Shown here in pieces: positions 10,268 through 20,736 of a DNA stretch of 64,000 nt; within the stretch, counting starts at the first letter, position 1; each line of letters starts with the position of its first letter. Below the pieces are notes generated by a model. The model was not told the origin of the DNA. It ran no database searches and saw only the letters and a program-made list of their open reading frames with translations. The translations under genes were made by a program, and so were the position numbers. The DNA comes from Cenarchaeum sp. (GTDB taxonomy: Archaea; Thermoproteota; Nitrososphaeria; Nitrososphaerales; Nitrosopumilaceae). The stretch covers positions 1,088,001-1,152,000 of the forward strand of contig OZ243037.1 in the NCBI GenBank assembly GCA_965212015.1, read 5' to 3'.

Positions 10268-11044
10268 ATTACATCCTATGTGATACCCGTTGGAACCGGT
10301 TAACACCAAACCCGATTTCCCTTTCGGATTGAGGGGTGGTTCCATGTATTTTTCCTGCAAATGCGAGAAATTATATGAAAGAGAGTGCTGGGAGATGGTG
10401 CGATTGTATGGGGGAAACCCCCTTTAATGCAATTCGTCGTGATCAGTACTTTGTGGAAAGTGCACACCTTTGGGAGGGCGCCACCCATCCCAGGTGGGTT
10501 TATTCATCATTTGGTTGTATTTTACAACCAAAAAACATAAAAACGGAAAGATTCAAGGACTCATAGTCAGCCGCGTTGTCATCATTGACTGTACATCTCT
10601 GATGACCGCTCCACGCGGTCTTTATTTCAATCATCGTCTTTCTTGCAAGCATATTTATCAATTATTCACTCAAAAAATTATAAAGGAGGCTGTTTCTTAA
10701 CATGCGTGCAAATCGCCAAACCTTGTGTGCAGCACGTCACTAGACGGGGTGCACGGGCGGGAAATGATGCAGGGCACCGGATACAGGTGTGATCCCGCGC
10801 CACAATTTTAAACCGGCATTCAAATCTATAATTCTGGACAAAATATTCAAAAATTAAAATATGGTGAAGCATACGTAAAGTGGGGGGCAGCGAATGTCAC
10901 GGCTGTGTATTGGCGGCGGACGCGCCGTCGATCCCCCTTGCTTTAGTTATTTTTTCTGTATTTTGAGGTCATTGAGTGATTTTTTTGAGGATTTGAATCG
11001 ATATGATTTTATATTCTTATCAACCATTAATTATATTCAACAAA

Positions 11045-11755
11045 TTATTTTCTATCTAATAACATTTTTTTGATATATTCGGAAACATGCATCTTGTGTT
11101 TATCAGCATTTTTTAAAATATTATCATAATTCCGAGTTTCTTTATCTTGCCACATTATATCTGCACGTCGCATATTCATCATGGCGACATGTTCATATTT
11201 TTTTGGACAACTCCAATAGCATTTACGACAAGTAGATTGTATTTTTAATTTATAATTGTCACAGTTTTGACAGCTCCATCCTTTTGCTCTGTTACATGAT
11301 GCACATAATAACATAAAATTTTTAGGATCTCTATCTATTTGATCACCTAAAATTATAAATGGAATTCGATGATCAATTTGTAAATAACGATCAGTTAATT
11401 TAACATTACATATGGCACATATACATAATGTAGATATTTTTTGTTTGAAATTTTTTGGAAATGGCACACGCCCTCCTCGCGCACGAATTTTTTTTATTGT
11501 GGTTAGAGTATATCGTGCATGTTTTGATGAACCATAAATCATTTGTGAATCTATTGGAATTCCACAGTCTTTTAAATCTCTAATTGCACGAGGCGAATGC
11601 TTATACTTATATACATCACTTAAAATTTTAGTTGTTACATAGCCATATTTTAATATATATTTTAAAGCAGTTTCTGCACGTTTTGATAACTTTTTTACAT
11701 TATATTTTTTTAATAATTTTTGAAATTTTTGATCAACTTTCTTGTCTTGTTTCAT
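11045..11755 (-). CDS. HNH endonuclease, putative type II restriction endonuclease
   Basis: CAIC...LQIDHRIPF...NFMLLCASCNRAK HNH/Zn motif; lies 7 bp downstream of the DNA adenine methylase. Confidence 0.8.
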   Translation of the reverse strand: MKQDKKVDQKFQKLLKKYNVKKLSKRAETALKYILKYGYVTTKILSDVYKYKHSPRAIRDLKDCGIPIDSQMIYGSSKHARYTLTTIKKIRARGGRVPFPKNFKQKISTLCICAICNVKLTDRYLQIDHRIPFIILGDQIDRDPKNFMLLCASCNRAKGWSCQNCDNYKLKIQSTCRKCYWSCPKKYEHVAMMNMRRADIMWQDKETRNYDNILKNADKHKMHVSEYIKKMLLDRK

Positions 11756-11762
11756 TTTTATT

Positions 11763-12686
11763 TCATAAATATGGTGATAGATATAATGATTCCATAGTAT
11801 TGATTTTTTTTCCTAACAAGGTAGACTGTGTTGATCTTCCGGCATTTATAATGATTTGCTTAAGTTGTAAATGCTTTGGCATTGTTTTCCCATGAATTTT
11901 TCTTCCAGTTTTTCCATCATAAGATAAAATAAACGGTATTTTTTTTTCATTTAATATCGAAAGTTGTTCACAGAATTCCTCATGAGAGAACATTCCTTTA
12001 TACCTTTTACTTGATCCTCCACATGTTCCTTGATATGGCGGATCCATATAAAGCAGATCGTTTCTAGTACATTCTTCAAAAATTTTTTTATAATCAAAAG
12101 ATGTAAGATGACATTTTTTATGTAATATTTTATGTGCTGTCATTATGCGACGCTTCATTTCATTTGGTTTGGCACCAACTCTTCGATTATCACAAGAATT
12201 ATTGAAATTTCCATCATTATTATAACGTACAGCTGCCTTTACACATCTAGCCAATAAATATAAAAAATCAGCAGGATCATGTTTTTGATTAAATCTATCA
12301 CGAATTTTATTATAAAATTCATGTTCTGAACCAAGTTGTTTGTGCCAAAGTCTTGAATATTTAGACGACAATATTTCGGGATTTTCTAAAATTTCCTTCC
12401 ATAAATCAATTAATGGTGCATTAGAATCATTAACCCATACAGATTTTATTCCCGTGTTCACAAGAGCATGTATGGATATGGCCGCTGATCCTGCAAAAGG
12501 TTCTATTAGATGATTTAATTTATATGGAAAAAAACTCAATATTTCATTAGCGATTTTTCGTTTACTGCCTTGATATGGCATTATTTGCTCAATTAATTGA
12601 AAAGAATACATATCCGATTTTTTTAAATTAATTTTTTTTTGTGTCGAAAGTTGGGTCATTTGAATTTTTTGTGTCGTTACACTCAT
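11763..12686 (-). CDS. DNA adenine methyltransferase (Dam/D12 class)
   Basis: PYQGSK, IEPFAGSAA (motif I) and LYMDPPY (motif IV). Confidence 0.93.
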   Translation of the reverse strand: MSVTTQKIQMTQLSTQKKINLKKSDMYSFQLIEQIMPYQGSKRKIANEILSFFPYKLNHLIEPFAGSAAISIHALVNTGIKSVWVNDSNAPLIDLWKEILENPEILSSKYSRLWHKQLGSEHEFYNKIRDRFNQKHDPADFLYLLARCVKAAVRYNNDGNFNNSCDNRRVGAKPNEMKRRIMTAHKILHKKCHLTSFDYKKIFEECTRNDLLYMDPPYQGTCGGSSKRYKGMFSHEEFCEQLSILNEKKIPFILSYDGKTGRKIHGKTMPKHLQLKQIIINAGRSTQSTLLGKKINTMESLYLSPYL

Positions 12687-12868
12687 ATTTTAGCATCCCA
12701 TTTTTTAATGATAAGATCTCCATTTTTTTCATTCACACGCCAAATCAACACATCATGAGGACCCAAATCATAATCTCTGACAATCTCTTTCGGGATGGTG
12801 GTCCTAAGCGATTCTGACGTATTGGCTCTGGCCACCTTTGTAAGAAACGGCATTACTGGTTTTGACAT
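12683..12868 (-). CDS. AbrB/MazE/SpoVT-like small DNA-binding protein
   Basis: SLRTTIPKEIVRDYDLGPHDVLIW swapped-hairpin signature; its stop overlaps the MTase start (ATGA). Confidence 0.75.
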   Translation of the reverse strand: MSKPVMPFLTKVARANTSESLRTTIPKEIVRDYDLGPHDVLIWRVNEKNGDLIIKKWDAKI

Positions 12869-12900
12869 GTCCCTAGTAAAATGCAATGTTATTTAAAGGT

Positions 12901-12955
12901 ATTACCTCAAATTGCTATTAGGTAATGTATATATAGGGATTACCTTTTAGGTAAT
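12901..12955. promoter_or_regulatory. Divergent promoter with two ATTACCT...AGGTAAT inverted-repeat operators around a TATA box
   Basis: ATTACCT 12901-12907 with AGGTAAT 12920-12926; ATTACCT 12939-12945 with AGGTAAT 12949-12955; TATATATA at 12928-12935. Confidence 0.65.
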
Positions 12956-12957
12956 AC

Positions 12958-14142
12958 ATGAAACAAACCAAAAGAAACCAAAAAGGAAAAAAATCACAGC
13001 ATCTACAATCCGGCAGAACAAGCCGCGCAGCACAGGCAAAAAAGATGCAAGAGGACGGCCTGCAGATATCGCAGTTTGCCACGGACAAGTTCCGCGTGCC
13101 GTCCCAGACCACACAGGACAAGTCATACGTGGTGTCTCGGACCGGACACGGCCTGGTCTGCGAATGCCCGGATCACAAGTATACTCATTCAGACTGCAAA
13201 CACATCAAACGAGTCCTACAAGTAGTAAAAAAGAACGGCGGATACGCCAACAATACGTTCAGAATAATGGACAGATCATCATTCTCGCTGTGTCCATACT
13301 GCGATTCCGGCGACATTAAAAAGAACGGCCGCCACACGCTCAAATCCGGCGAAAAAACCCAGAGGTTCAAGTGTAATGATTGCAAGAAAAGATTCCAGGC
13401 CAATTTCGGCTTTGAGGGAATGAAAAACGATCCGAAGATCATCACCCGGGCGCTGCAGATGCAAAACTCAAAGATGAGCTGCCGCAGGATAGCCGACTGT
13501 ATGAGAATGGAGGGCATTGACGTCTCGTATCGCGCCGTATTTGACTGGATTACAAAGTATTCCAAAATGCTGGAAAGATACACGGACGGTATTATTCCGC
13601 GTACTGCAAACAGGTTTTCCATACGGGCAGACGAGATTTTCATAAGGTTTTCTGGAATACCACACTGGATGTATGCAAGTATAGAGGATGATTCCAGGTA
13701 CTGGCTGTCATACGAGGTGGGCAAAAGCAAGTTCCAGCACGATACCGACCGCTTTATCCGGGCCACATATGCCGCCCTGGGAAGATATCCCACCCGCTTT
13801 ACCACCGATGGCCTGCCTTCGTATGGAAAGTCCGCAAGACGGGTACTGGGAAGACACACCCACCACATCAGTGCCATACACATGTCAGGCGACATGAACA
13901 ACAATATGATGGAGAGATTCAACGAGGAGGTAAGGGGAAGAGAAAAAGTCTGCTGGGGCCTCAAGAAACCGGACACCCCGGTACTTGCCCTGTACAAGAC
14001 ATACTATAACTTTGCCAAAAGCCACGGCGGGCTTGACGGCAGGACGCCTGCGGAGGCGGCATCAATACTGGTGGAGGGCAGAAACGTGTGGATGACCCTC
14101 ATACAGAATGCCAGGCTGTTTGAGATGGCGGGGGAAGTGTAA
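12958..14142 (+). CDS. IS6-like DDE transposase with N-terminal SWIM zinc finger and IS1-like zinc ribbon
   Basis: CECPD...CKH (SWIM); CPYC...RFKCNDC; RADE, TTDGLPSY and NNMMERFN (DDE). Confidence 0.88.
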   Translation: MKQTKRNQKGKKSQHLQSGRTSRAAQAKKMQEDGLQISQFATDKFRVPSQTTQDKSYVVSRTGHGLVCECPDHKYTHSDCKHIKRVLQVVKKNGGYANNTFRIMDRSSFSLCPYCDSGDIKKNGRHTLKSGEKTQRFKCNDCKKRFQANFGFEGMKNDPKIITRALQMQNSKMSCRRIADCMRMEGIDVSYRAVFDWITKYSKMLERYTDGIIPRTANRFSIRADEIFIRFSGIPHWMYASIEDDSRYWLSYEVGKSKFQHDTDRFIRATYAALGRYPTRFTTDGLPSYGKSARRVLGRHTHHISAIHMSGDMNNNMMERFNEEVRGREKVCWGLKKPDTPVLALYKTYYNFAKSHGGLDGRTPAEAASILVEGRNVWMTLIQNARLFEMAGEV

Positions 14143-14732
14143 TGTATCCGCACGAAAAACTGTTTGCATCCGGAATGGATCTTGTAGTGCAGTTAAAATT
14201 CGCCGAGGCCATACCAAAATTTGAGGCCGTTCTGGAGACACACCCCGACTATCACATGGCACGCTCAAACATGGGACTTTGCATTGCACGACTGGAAAAA
14301 TTTGACGAGGCACTGGAATGCTTTGACCATATACTGAAAAAAGATCCAAAATTTTCCATGGCATATGGCCACAAGATACTTGTCCTGGATGATATGGGCA
14401 GGAAGGAAGAGGCCGACAGATTGTATGACAAACTATACGAGATGGATTCGGAACACCCGTTTTGTCTGCGTAATGAGGGTTTAATTGCGCTAAAGGAAGG
14501 CCGTGAAAAAGATGCGGATAAGCTCTTTTCCAAGCTTCTTGACAAAGCCCCAGAATGGCAGGAAGACGTCAAAAGTTACATAGACGAATACGTGGGGGAA
14601 AGCGTGCATGCAGCCGGCAAGTGCAGGTTTTGCAGGAAGGAAAAACCCGTAAAGACTTACCAGATGAGATACGGCCAGGTAAAATACTGCGACAAATGTG
14701 TTCGGATACTGGGGCTGACTGGAACGGTGTGA
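14142..14732 (+). CDS. TPR protein with C-terminal CxxC...CxxC zinc ribbon
   Basis: FDEALECFDHILKKDP-type TPRs; CRFC and CDKC; translationally coupled to the transposase (TAATG). Confidence 0.8.
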   Translation: MYPHEKLFASGMDLVVQLKFAEAIPKFEAVLETHPDYHMARSNMGLCIARLEKFDEALECFDHILKKDPKFSMAYGHKILVLDDMGRKEEADRLYDKLYEMDSEHPFCLRNEGLIALKEGREKDADKLFSKLLDKAPEWQEDVKSYIDEYVGESVHAAGKCRFCRKEKPVKTYQMRYGQVKYCDKCVRILGLTGTV

Positions 14733-15003
14733 CCGGGCCGGCGTACGCCGATTCTATCAATCTATTCGATTTTTTAATTTTTAGAACAGGTTTGGATTAT
14801 ACCAGATGATCTATTCTGATGAAATCTACAAAGTCGTGTCGGGCAATCGGGAGAAGATCAGTATATAAAGCACCCACCAACTTCACAGCACCCTATAGCC
14901 GTGGCGTTGTCCACTAATTCCTCCCAAAATACGGCGTAATGCTTATAGATCATGAGAATACGGTACCGAAACAGCTATTGATCACGACATATCAGCCCAT
15001 TCA

Positions 15004-15456
15004 ATGACAAATGAAACACCTACACCATACGTCAGGCCCACCGGGTATTCCAGGCAGTATGACCGGAAGCGAAAAAGGGACGGAAAAAAGGCGGCAAGAC
15101 GACTCAACACATTACTATACATAATCAACCGAGTCGTCAAGCCCCGCAAACGAGGACGGCACGATTTTCATCCTGCCGGCATCGTATTCTGTCTGATTCT
15201 CAAGGAAAAGCACAACCTCTCCTTTCGGCAAGTCGTGGCATATCTTGAAAACCATCCGGATATGTTACGTCTTGCCGGATTAAAAAAGGTACCTTCAAAA
15301 TCGACGCTTTGTGCGGCCGCACTGAGGCTGGATAGGACAAAACTGGACAGGATAATGCACCAGCAGTCGCGAAACTACAAAAAGCAGACACTGCTCGGGG
15401 ATGCAACCGGAATCTCTATGAGGACGTTCCAGGACTGGGATGATGCAAAAAGAGGC
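15004..15456 (+). pseudogene. Truncated IS4/IS5-type transposase N-terminus
   Basis: LSFRQVVAYL...LAGLKKVPSKSTL...LLGDATG; breaks off where an inverted copy of 33245-33370 begins. Confidence 0.65.
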
Positions 15457-15593
15457 ATCTGGGATTGCGATTTTATCCTCTTCACACCCAAATTTTTTCG
15501 AGAGGTAATCTGTTTGTTTGCATTTTTTGCTCCATGGCGGATACCATTTGAACTTCGTTTTCTAGGCACATATGGTTATGCGTTTGGCTATAG
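15457..15593 (-). repeat. Inverted copy of the 33245-33370 segment, capped by an IS630-like end (TATAGCCAAACGCATAACC)
   Basis: Direct sequence match; both copies encode MPRKRSS.G.RHG.KNANKQIT.RKNLGVKRIKSQSQ. Confidence 0.7.
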
Positions 15594-15603
15594 ATCATGA
15601 ATT

Positions 15604-17658
15604 TTACGTTGAGATCATATCATTTATTTTATTGAAAAGTGTTTCAAAATTTTGGATTAATTCATTTGGTAATAAATTAATATTTGTTTCACTAAATTGT
15701 TTTAAAATTGCACGATTTGGTCTGTTTTTATGAAAATCTCCTAAATTATTTTTTAAGAAAAAATCTTCAATTCGATTTACAATCATCGGTTTCTGAGAAT
15801 CAAGAATAATTTGTGTTATTCTTTCTTTTTGTAATTCATTTTTATAAGTAGATTGAACAAATTGTAAGTAATAATCTTCAGGGAACATATCTTCAATAGA
15901 CATATTTTTTGTTTTATCAAAAATTTCATTTATCATAAAAATTTTTTTATTTTTTACAATTTTTTTCTTTACAATTAATCCATAAGCTTTTTTTCCTTCT
16001 TGATCCGCATCCAATAGAATAGCTACATCTAAATTTTGTGATTTATACATACTAGCAAATAGAATTGATCTCATTGCACCACCGACAGGGACAAATACAA
16101 AATTATCTTTTAAATGTATTTTTCCTGCAGATTCTAATAAACTTGATGCACTACTCAAAAGCCAAAAATCTGTGATGCCTTCGACGATCAAATTATTTTT
16201 GCCAATAAACAGAGATTGCGCCATATTATAATGAAGTGCAGATTGTAATGGAAATAAAGCATCACGATCACTATCCCAAACATCATTTGATATATTAGAT
16301 AATTTTTGTATTCCATTTTCTAATTTTGATTCTTTTAGAGTTACCGTGTGAATAGAATCCGGTTTTTTCATATCCACCATAAAAGGAGAATGTGTTGTGT
16401 ATAAAATCTGATTTTTTTCAGCAAGTGTAGGCAATACATTTTTGAGAAAATCTTCTTGACCTACAGCATGTAAAAATAATGCTGGTTCGTCAAGTAATAA
16501 TATTGCATTTTTATGTTTTTGTTCAGATTCAACATTAAATACAACATAAAAAGAAAAATACCATTGATATCCTCTGCTTCGTTCTTCAAGTTGTAATTTT
16601 GTTTTATCTTTTTTATTAATTACCCAAACACGAAGATTATCTCCCTGTACTGAAAATTCAATATCATGGTCATTTTGTGTCCATATACTATTAATTTCTT
16701 CAGAAACTTTTTTTGATGCATAACTCAAAATCAAATCCAATCTATCTTTATTTTTTTGTACTTGATTATGATCATCTCCGTCTTTACTTAATTCTACTAA
16801 TTCATGTGCATTTAAACTTCCAAGATCTAATAATGTCTTTGCAGTTTTTTCATCCTCATCTAAATCATTATTGTTTATTTTATTTATAAAATTTGATAAA
16901 CGAATTCTACTGTCAATAATTCCAATATTTTCAAAATAAATAAATCTTGGTAATTGTTTTATAAGAAAATTTTTAATTTCTTCAGATGAATCTTCTGTTA
17001 TTTCAGAATTGATTCGATCTAAAAATTGTTGTATGGTGTTTTTATCCAACACTTTATCTGGAATCGTACCAAGTTGATTTTTTAAATTCTTTATATTTTG
17101 CTGTATTTGTTCAAGAATGTGTGGTTGTCTTATATTTAATTCATTTTCAATTCCTTGCGTGATTTTGTTAAATATATCCATTATCGTAGTTTTTAATGCT
17201 TTTCCATTATCGAATGTTTCAGGATCAATAGTGTTAAGGAGTTCGAATATGGATTTCAAATAATTTTTATAAAATACATCAAAATGGATTGCTTCTTGAT
17301 CATAATCTAAATGACATATTAATTTCATGTTTTTCTTTTTACTAAATTTAATTTCATTTAATAATAATTGTTCATTGCTAATTTCATTCACATGTTGTTT
17401 TTCATTATCATCTAATTTGAAAGTAGCAGTAACAAAGATTTCATTTGGATCGAAATGCCCGAAATGCCAGATTGGATTTTCAGTCAGATCATCAAAATCG
17501 GTATCTTCGACGTGATTAATTTTCTTTAAAGCTCGAAGCAAATTTGTTTTTCCACTTTCGTTTATTCCTACAAATGTCGTAATATTCTCATCGATTTTAA
17601 TCTCACCCGAATCTTCGATGGATCGATATTTTTTAACACGAAAACTAGTAAGGCGCAT
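15604..17658 (-). CDS. OLD-family ATP-dependent nuclease (ABC ATPase + TOPRIM)
   Basis: VGINESGKT, ERSRG signature, LLLDEP, YTTHSP; TOPRIM IVEGITD and LLDAD. Confidence 0.88.
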   Translation of the reverse strand: MRLTSFRVKKYRSIEDSGEIKIDENITTFVGINESGKTNLLRALKKINHVEDTDFDDLTENPIWHFGHFDPNEIFVTATFKLDDNEKQHVNEISNEQLLLNEIKFSKKKNMKLICHLDYDQEAIHFDVFYKNYLKSIFELLNTIDPETFDNGKALKTTIMDIFNKITQGIENELNIRQPHILEQIQQNIKNLKNQLGTIPDKVLDKNTIQQFLDRINSEITEDSSEEIKNFLIKQLPRFIYFENIGIIDSRIRLSNFINKINNNDLDEDEKTAKTLLDLGSLNAHELVELSKDGDDHNQVQKNKDRLDLILSYASKKVSEEINSIWTQNDHDIEFSVQGDNLRVWVINKKDKTKLQLEERSRGYQWYFSFYVVFNVESEQKHKNAILLLDEPALFLHAVGQEDFLKNVLPTLAEKNQILYTTHSPFMVDMKKPDSIHTVTLKESKLENGIQKLSNISNDVWDSDRDALFPLQSALHYNMAQSLFIGKNNLIVEGITDFWLLSSASSLLESAGKIHLKDNFVFVPVGGAMRSILFASMYKSQNLDVAILLDADQEGKKAYGLIVKKKIVKNKKIFMINEIFDKTKNMSIEDMFPEDYYLQFVQSTYKNELQKERITQIILDSQKPMIVNRIEDFFLKNNLGDFHKNRPNRAILKQFSETNINLLPNELIQNFETLFNKINDMIST

Positions 17659-17705
17659 ATCCTTTCATTTACATATGATCTTTATATGAATTTTGATGTT
17701 AATGC

Positions 17706-17736
17706 TGCTGTGAAATTGACATTGCTTTATATACTG
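17706..17736 (+). repeat. Solo end related to the 9278-14892 transposon TIR
   Basis: TGCTGTGAAATTGACATTGCTTTATATACTG versus TIR TGCTGTGAAGTTGGTGGGTGCTTTATATACTG. Confidence 0.55.
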
Positions 17737-18009
17737 CAAATTTCTTCTATTCATGCCACTTTGATCCTTGCATGACTCTCAAAGATGGCCAAATCAGCCA
17801 CAAACACTCAAAATCACGCCTCAAAAACCACCGTTCCGAGTCTTCGAGTCATCCAATGACCGCTGGAAGCCATCCTTCAGGCCCCAAAACAACCCAAAAA
17901 CGACCTTTCCTAGCCACATTTCACGCCCAAACACACCCTACATCATACCCTACAACTAACGTTAGTCCTCTAAAAAAAATAAAAAAAGGGGAAATGTGTT
18001 GTTTCTAGT

Positions 18010-19152
18010 CTATACTACGTTGATGTCTATTACGGCTTTGGGTGACAGTGCAGTCGGGTTGGATACTGATTCCCAGGCGAATCGTATGCTCCAGGTGTGT
18101 CAGGTATCCATGACTGTGCTGCGTTTTGTGAACCGCCAGCTGGCATTACGCCTCCGGACCAATCAAGTTTGATGATCACTCCGTTGGCATCTTCGATCTG
18201 TACCAAATATGCATAGTCCTGCTCCTTGTCCTGTCCGCTGACCAGGTCCGCCTCAAAGTGCACCCGTGTATCCACGGATATGCAGTTCCTTGGCCGTCGA
18301 CTACTCGCGGATCAGTGATTACCAGGCGCTCAAGAGGCGGTACTATTGTACCGATGAACGTTGTTCCCGTAATCTGTATCACATCCGATGGTGAGTAATT
18401 CCTGTCAGGCAGGTCTGGGAGAGTATTGTCGTCATATTCAGCCTTTACCGTGTCGCCTTCAGCTACTCTGAGCCTGTGGCCAGATGAGTCCTCGGTTAGC
18501 GAGAATGTCACCGTGCCCTCAAATATACCAGTTGCCTGGTTGGTCTCAGTTACAGTGAGGTCAATGCCTCCGCTGTCGCTGTCAGAGCGAACGTCAATGT
18601 CGTTGTCTACCGATTCTGGCCTCCAGTTCATGTCCGGATCAATCACGCGTACGGTGCCTGTTGATGATGCAGCATAGCTAGCTTCTAGCCAGCTTACCTC
18701 ACCTAGGTTCCATCTGATCAATGAAGAGCCGATTACGGTCTCATCCTCTGAGAACTCAAAGGATACCGTTACACCGTCATCTTCAGTGGCAGCCAAGAGA
18801 CCGTCAGTCGGGCCTATATCGTCAGACTCATAGTCTGCCGGTATGGCAAATCCAACGTCCTGTCCCAGGTTGTTGCCCGTAGTCGTGTCGCCGTCAGCGT
18901 CATGAGGGAAACCGACGAGTATTACCTCTCCGGTAAATAGGCCTGTATCGACACCCGTCTCAGTCAGCCTGTATTGGTCAAGATCTCCCTCACCAGTGTT
19001 TACCCTTACCACGTCCTCTCTAGTTTCTCCGATTTCGTCAATCAGATCGCTGTCAAAGTTGTGGTCAGGTGCAAGTATGGTGACATACACCTTGTCAGTC
19101 CAGGTATACACCTTTTGATCGAGCTCTATCGTGGCGCCAAAGTTGGATGTGA
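18010..19152 (-). pseudogene. Truncated, frameshifted second copy of the S-layer gene 3' end
   Basis: Aligns to 39619-40766 (TSNFGATIELDQKV...); small deletions near 18080 and 18285 break the frame; same stop and T-tract downstream; no 5' portion. Confidence 0.9.
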
Positions 19153-19616
19153 ACCTAAGGGCTCGAATATATGCCGAAAATAGAAATTTTGGTAACCGTG
19201 ATGTTTTGCGCGCATCGGCCATGTTAAATATGTGGAATGATATCGGGATATCATGAACAAAGACAAAAAGGCCAAAGAGAAAGGCGACGATCCGGCAGAT
19301 CTCTTGGATATCAAACTGGGAAAACACAAAGAATCTGCTGCCAAGGACATAAAGAAAGAATCTGATGATGCCGAGCAATCCACAGCGGAAGCGGCCAACA
19401 GGCAGACAGGCTAGTGCGTAATTCCGGGCATTTAAACTGCCTTGTATGATTCCGCGCGGACTCTGACAGCCTGGAATTGCCTCCTTCACGCACTGCAAAA
19501 AAGGACGAACGCTAAATCCTGATGCCCCGTATGTAGACTCTGCGCGAATCGGACTTTGGGTAACAATATGGCAGATCATCACAAAGACTTGAATATGGCC
19601 GGCCCGTAATTACCGC

Positions 19617-19928
19617 ATGGATTTCAGGCGGTTCTGGAGTGAAATCACAATAGAGCTAAGAGATAAAAAAGAGTTCAAAACCCTGGATCGCGCATATGCA
19701 TTCGATGCCGTGGCCGGTACATCCGATACGATAACTGCCACGCCGAGCTCGACTGGCATATCCAGGGAAATCCCAAAGGAACAGTTTCAAGACATGTGGG
19801 ATATTATGAAAAACGACATTTACAGCGAGCGATACAAGAGCACCAACGGCAGGTATTCCCCGTTTTGGAGCCGGGTGTACGTCTCTGCACTGATTGACCA
19901 TGCGGTAAAGAACCAAAACATGGAATAA
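19617..19928 (+). CDS. Hypothetical protein, paralogue of 29304-29615
   Basis: MDFRRFW...FKTL...MWDIMKND...RYKS.NGRY...SALIDH is shared by both copies. Confidence 0.65.
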   Translation: MDFRRFWSEITIELRDKKEFKTLDRAYAFDAVAGTSDTITATPSSTGISREIPKEQFQDMWDIMKNDIYSERYKSTNGRYSPFWSRVYVSALIDHAVKNQNME

Positions 19929-20139
19929 TCCCGGCAATCAGGATGAGCCTTTCCTCCTGACTTGCGATATCTTTGCGTGTTTTTTAGAATCTTCCATACA
20001 GTTTAGCTCTGGTCTGTCCGGTATTCCCCGCGATGTGGCCACATTTTGTAGGCCTTCCCTCACCACAGCTGTGGCCATCACTACCACGGAAGGAATAATG
20101 CCGTTGTTAAAAACCCGCAGTGATTCGCGAGTTTGCCGA

Positions 20140-20256
20140 GCCCACACATACTAGTAATTGGGCCACTGGTCATGTGGGTTGTAGCCGGCCAAAGCCGGCC
20201 CGATGGTGTGGGGATACGTGGCTCCCGCCGGGGAGCCATGGGAAAAAGACGTTGAG
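20140..20256 (+). ncRNA. Candidate structured non-coding element, copy 1
   Basis: Three hairpins about 27 bp downstream of TTAAAAA; homologue at 46142-46326 preserves pairing through compensatory changes. Confidence 0.4.
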
Positions 20257-20736
20257 CTGAATGGATCTGCGTATGCGATCCGTCCCCGGCGCAGGCCATG
20301 CACACGGGGCGGTGCCGCGTGGCCCTGCATGCGTTTAATCCGGGCATATCTGACGTCTCTCGAATCTATGCCAGTCCCGCCATACAAGCACAGAACGTAC
20401 AGGATTGCACCTTCTAGGCCCCGCCGGACCGGCGCAGGCAGACTTTGTAAAATCAGGAACTTTCAAGTACTCGGGGCCGTATCCGTGGCCTGTAGTCATT
20501 TCCGTGTCTGCTCCTTCCGGGTCATGCAATCAGGATCGGCTGATCGCCGCCGATCATTGCCAAAAAAAGAATAGTCACGCCCAGTGGGCACGGGTCGGTA
20601 ATTGGCATAACGGCAGAAAGCGATCGGAACGCTTACAATATTCCTGCCATTTTTTTTAAAATTCGTCCAAGATAAATACATTTTAGGGGATATTTGGAGT
20701 CATATGCGATCAATAGATTGATTTAATAATATTCTA

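Larger units (their letters stand above)
9278..14892. mobile_element. Cargo-carrying IS6-like transposon (5.6 kb) bounded by long TIRs and a direct-repeat target duplication
   Basis: TIR GGTGCTGTGAAGTTGGTGGGTGCTTTATATACTGAT at 9278, with its reverse complement ending at 14892; flanking direct repeat CTATAGCCG at 9269-9277 and 14893-14901; internal DDE transposase at 12958-14142. Confidence 0.88.

Noticed and set aside
19153-19582. N-terminal part of the 468-aa ORF 18176-19582
   Set aside because: S-layer similarity stops at 19152; the upstream part looks like chance read-through.
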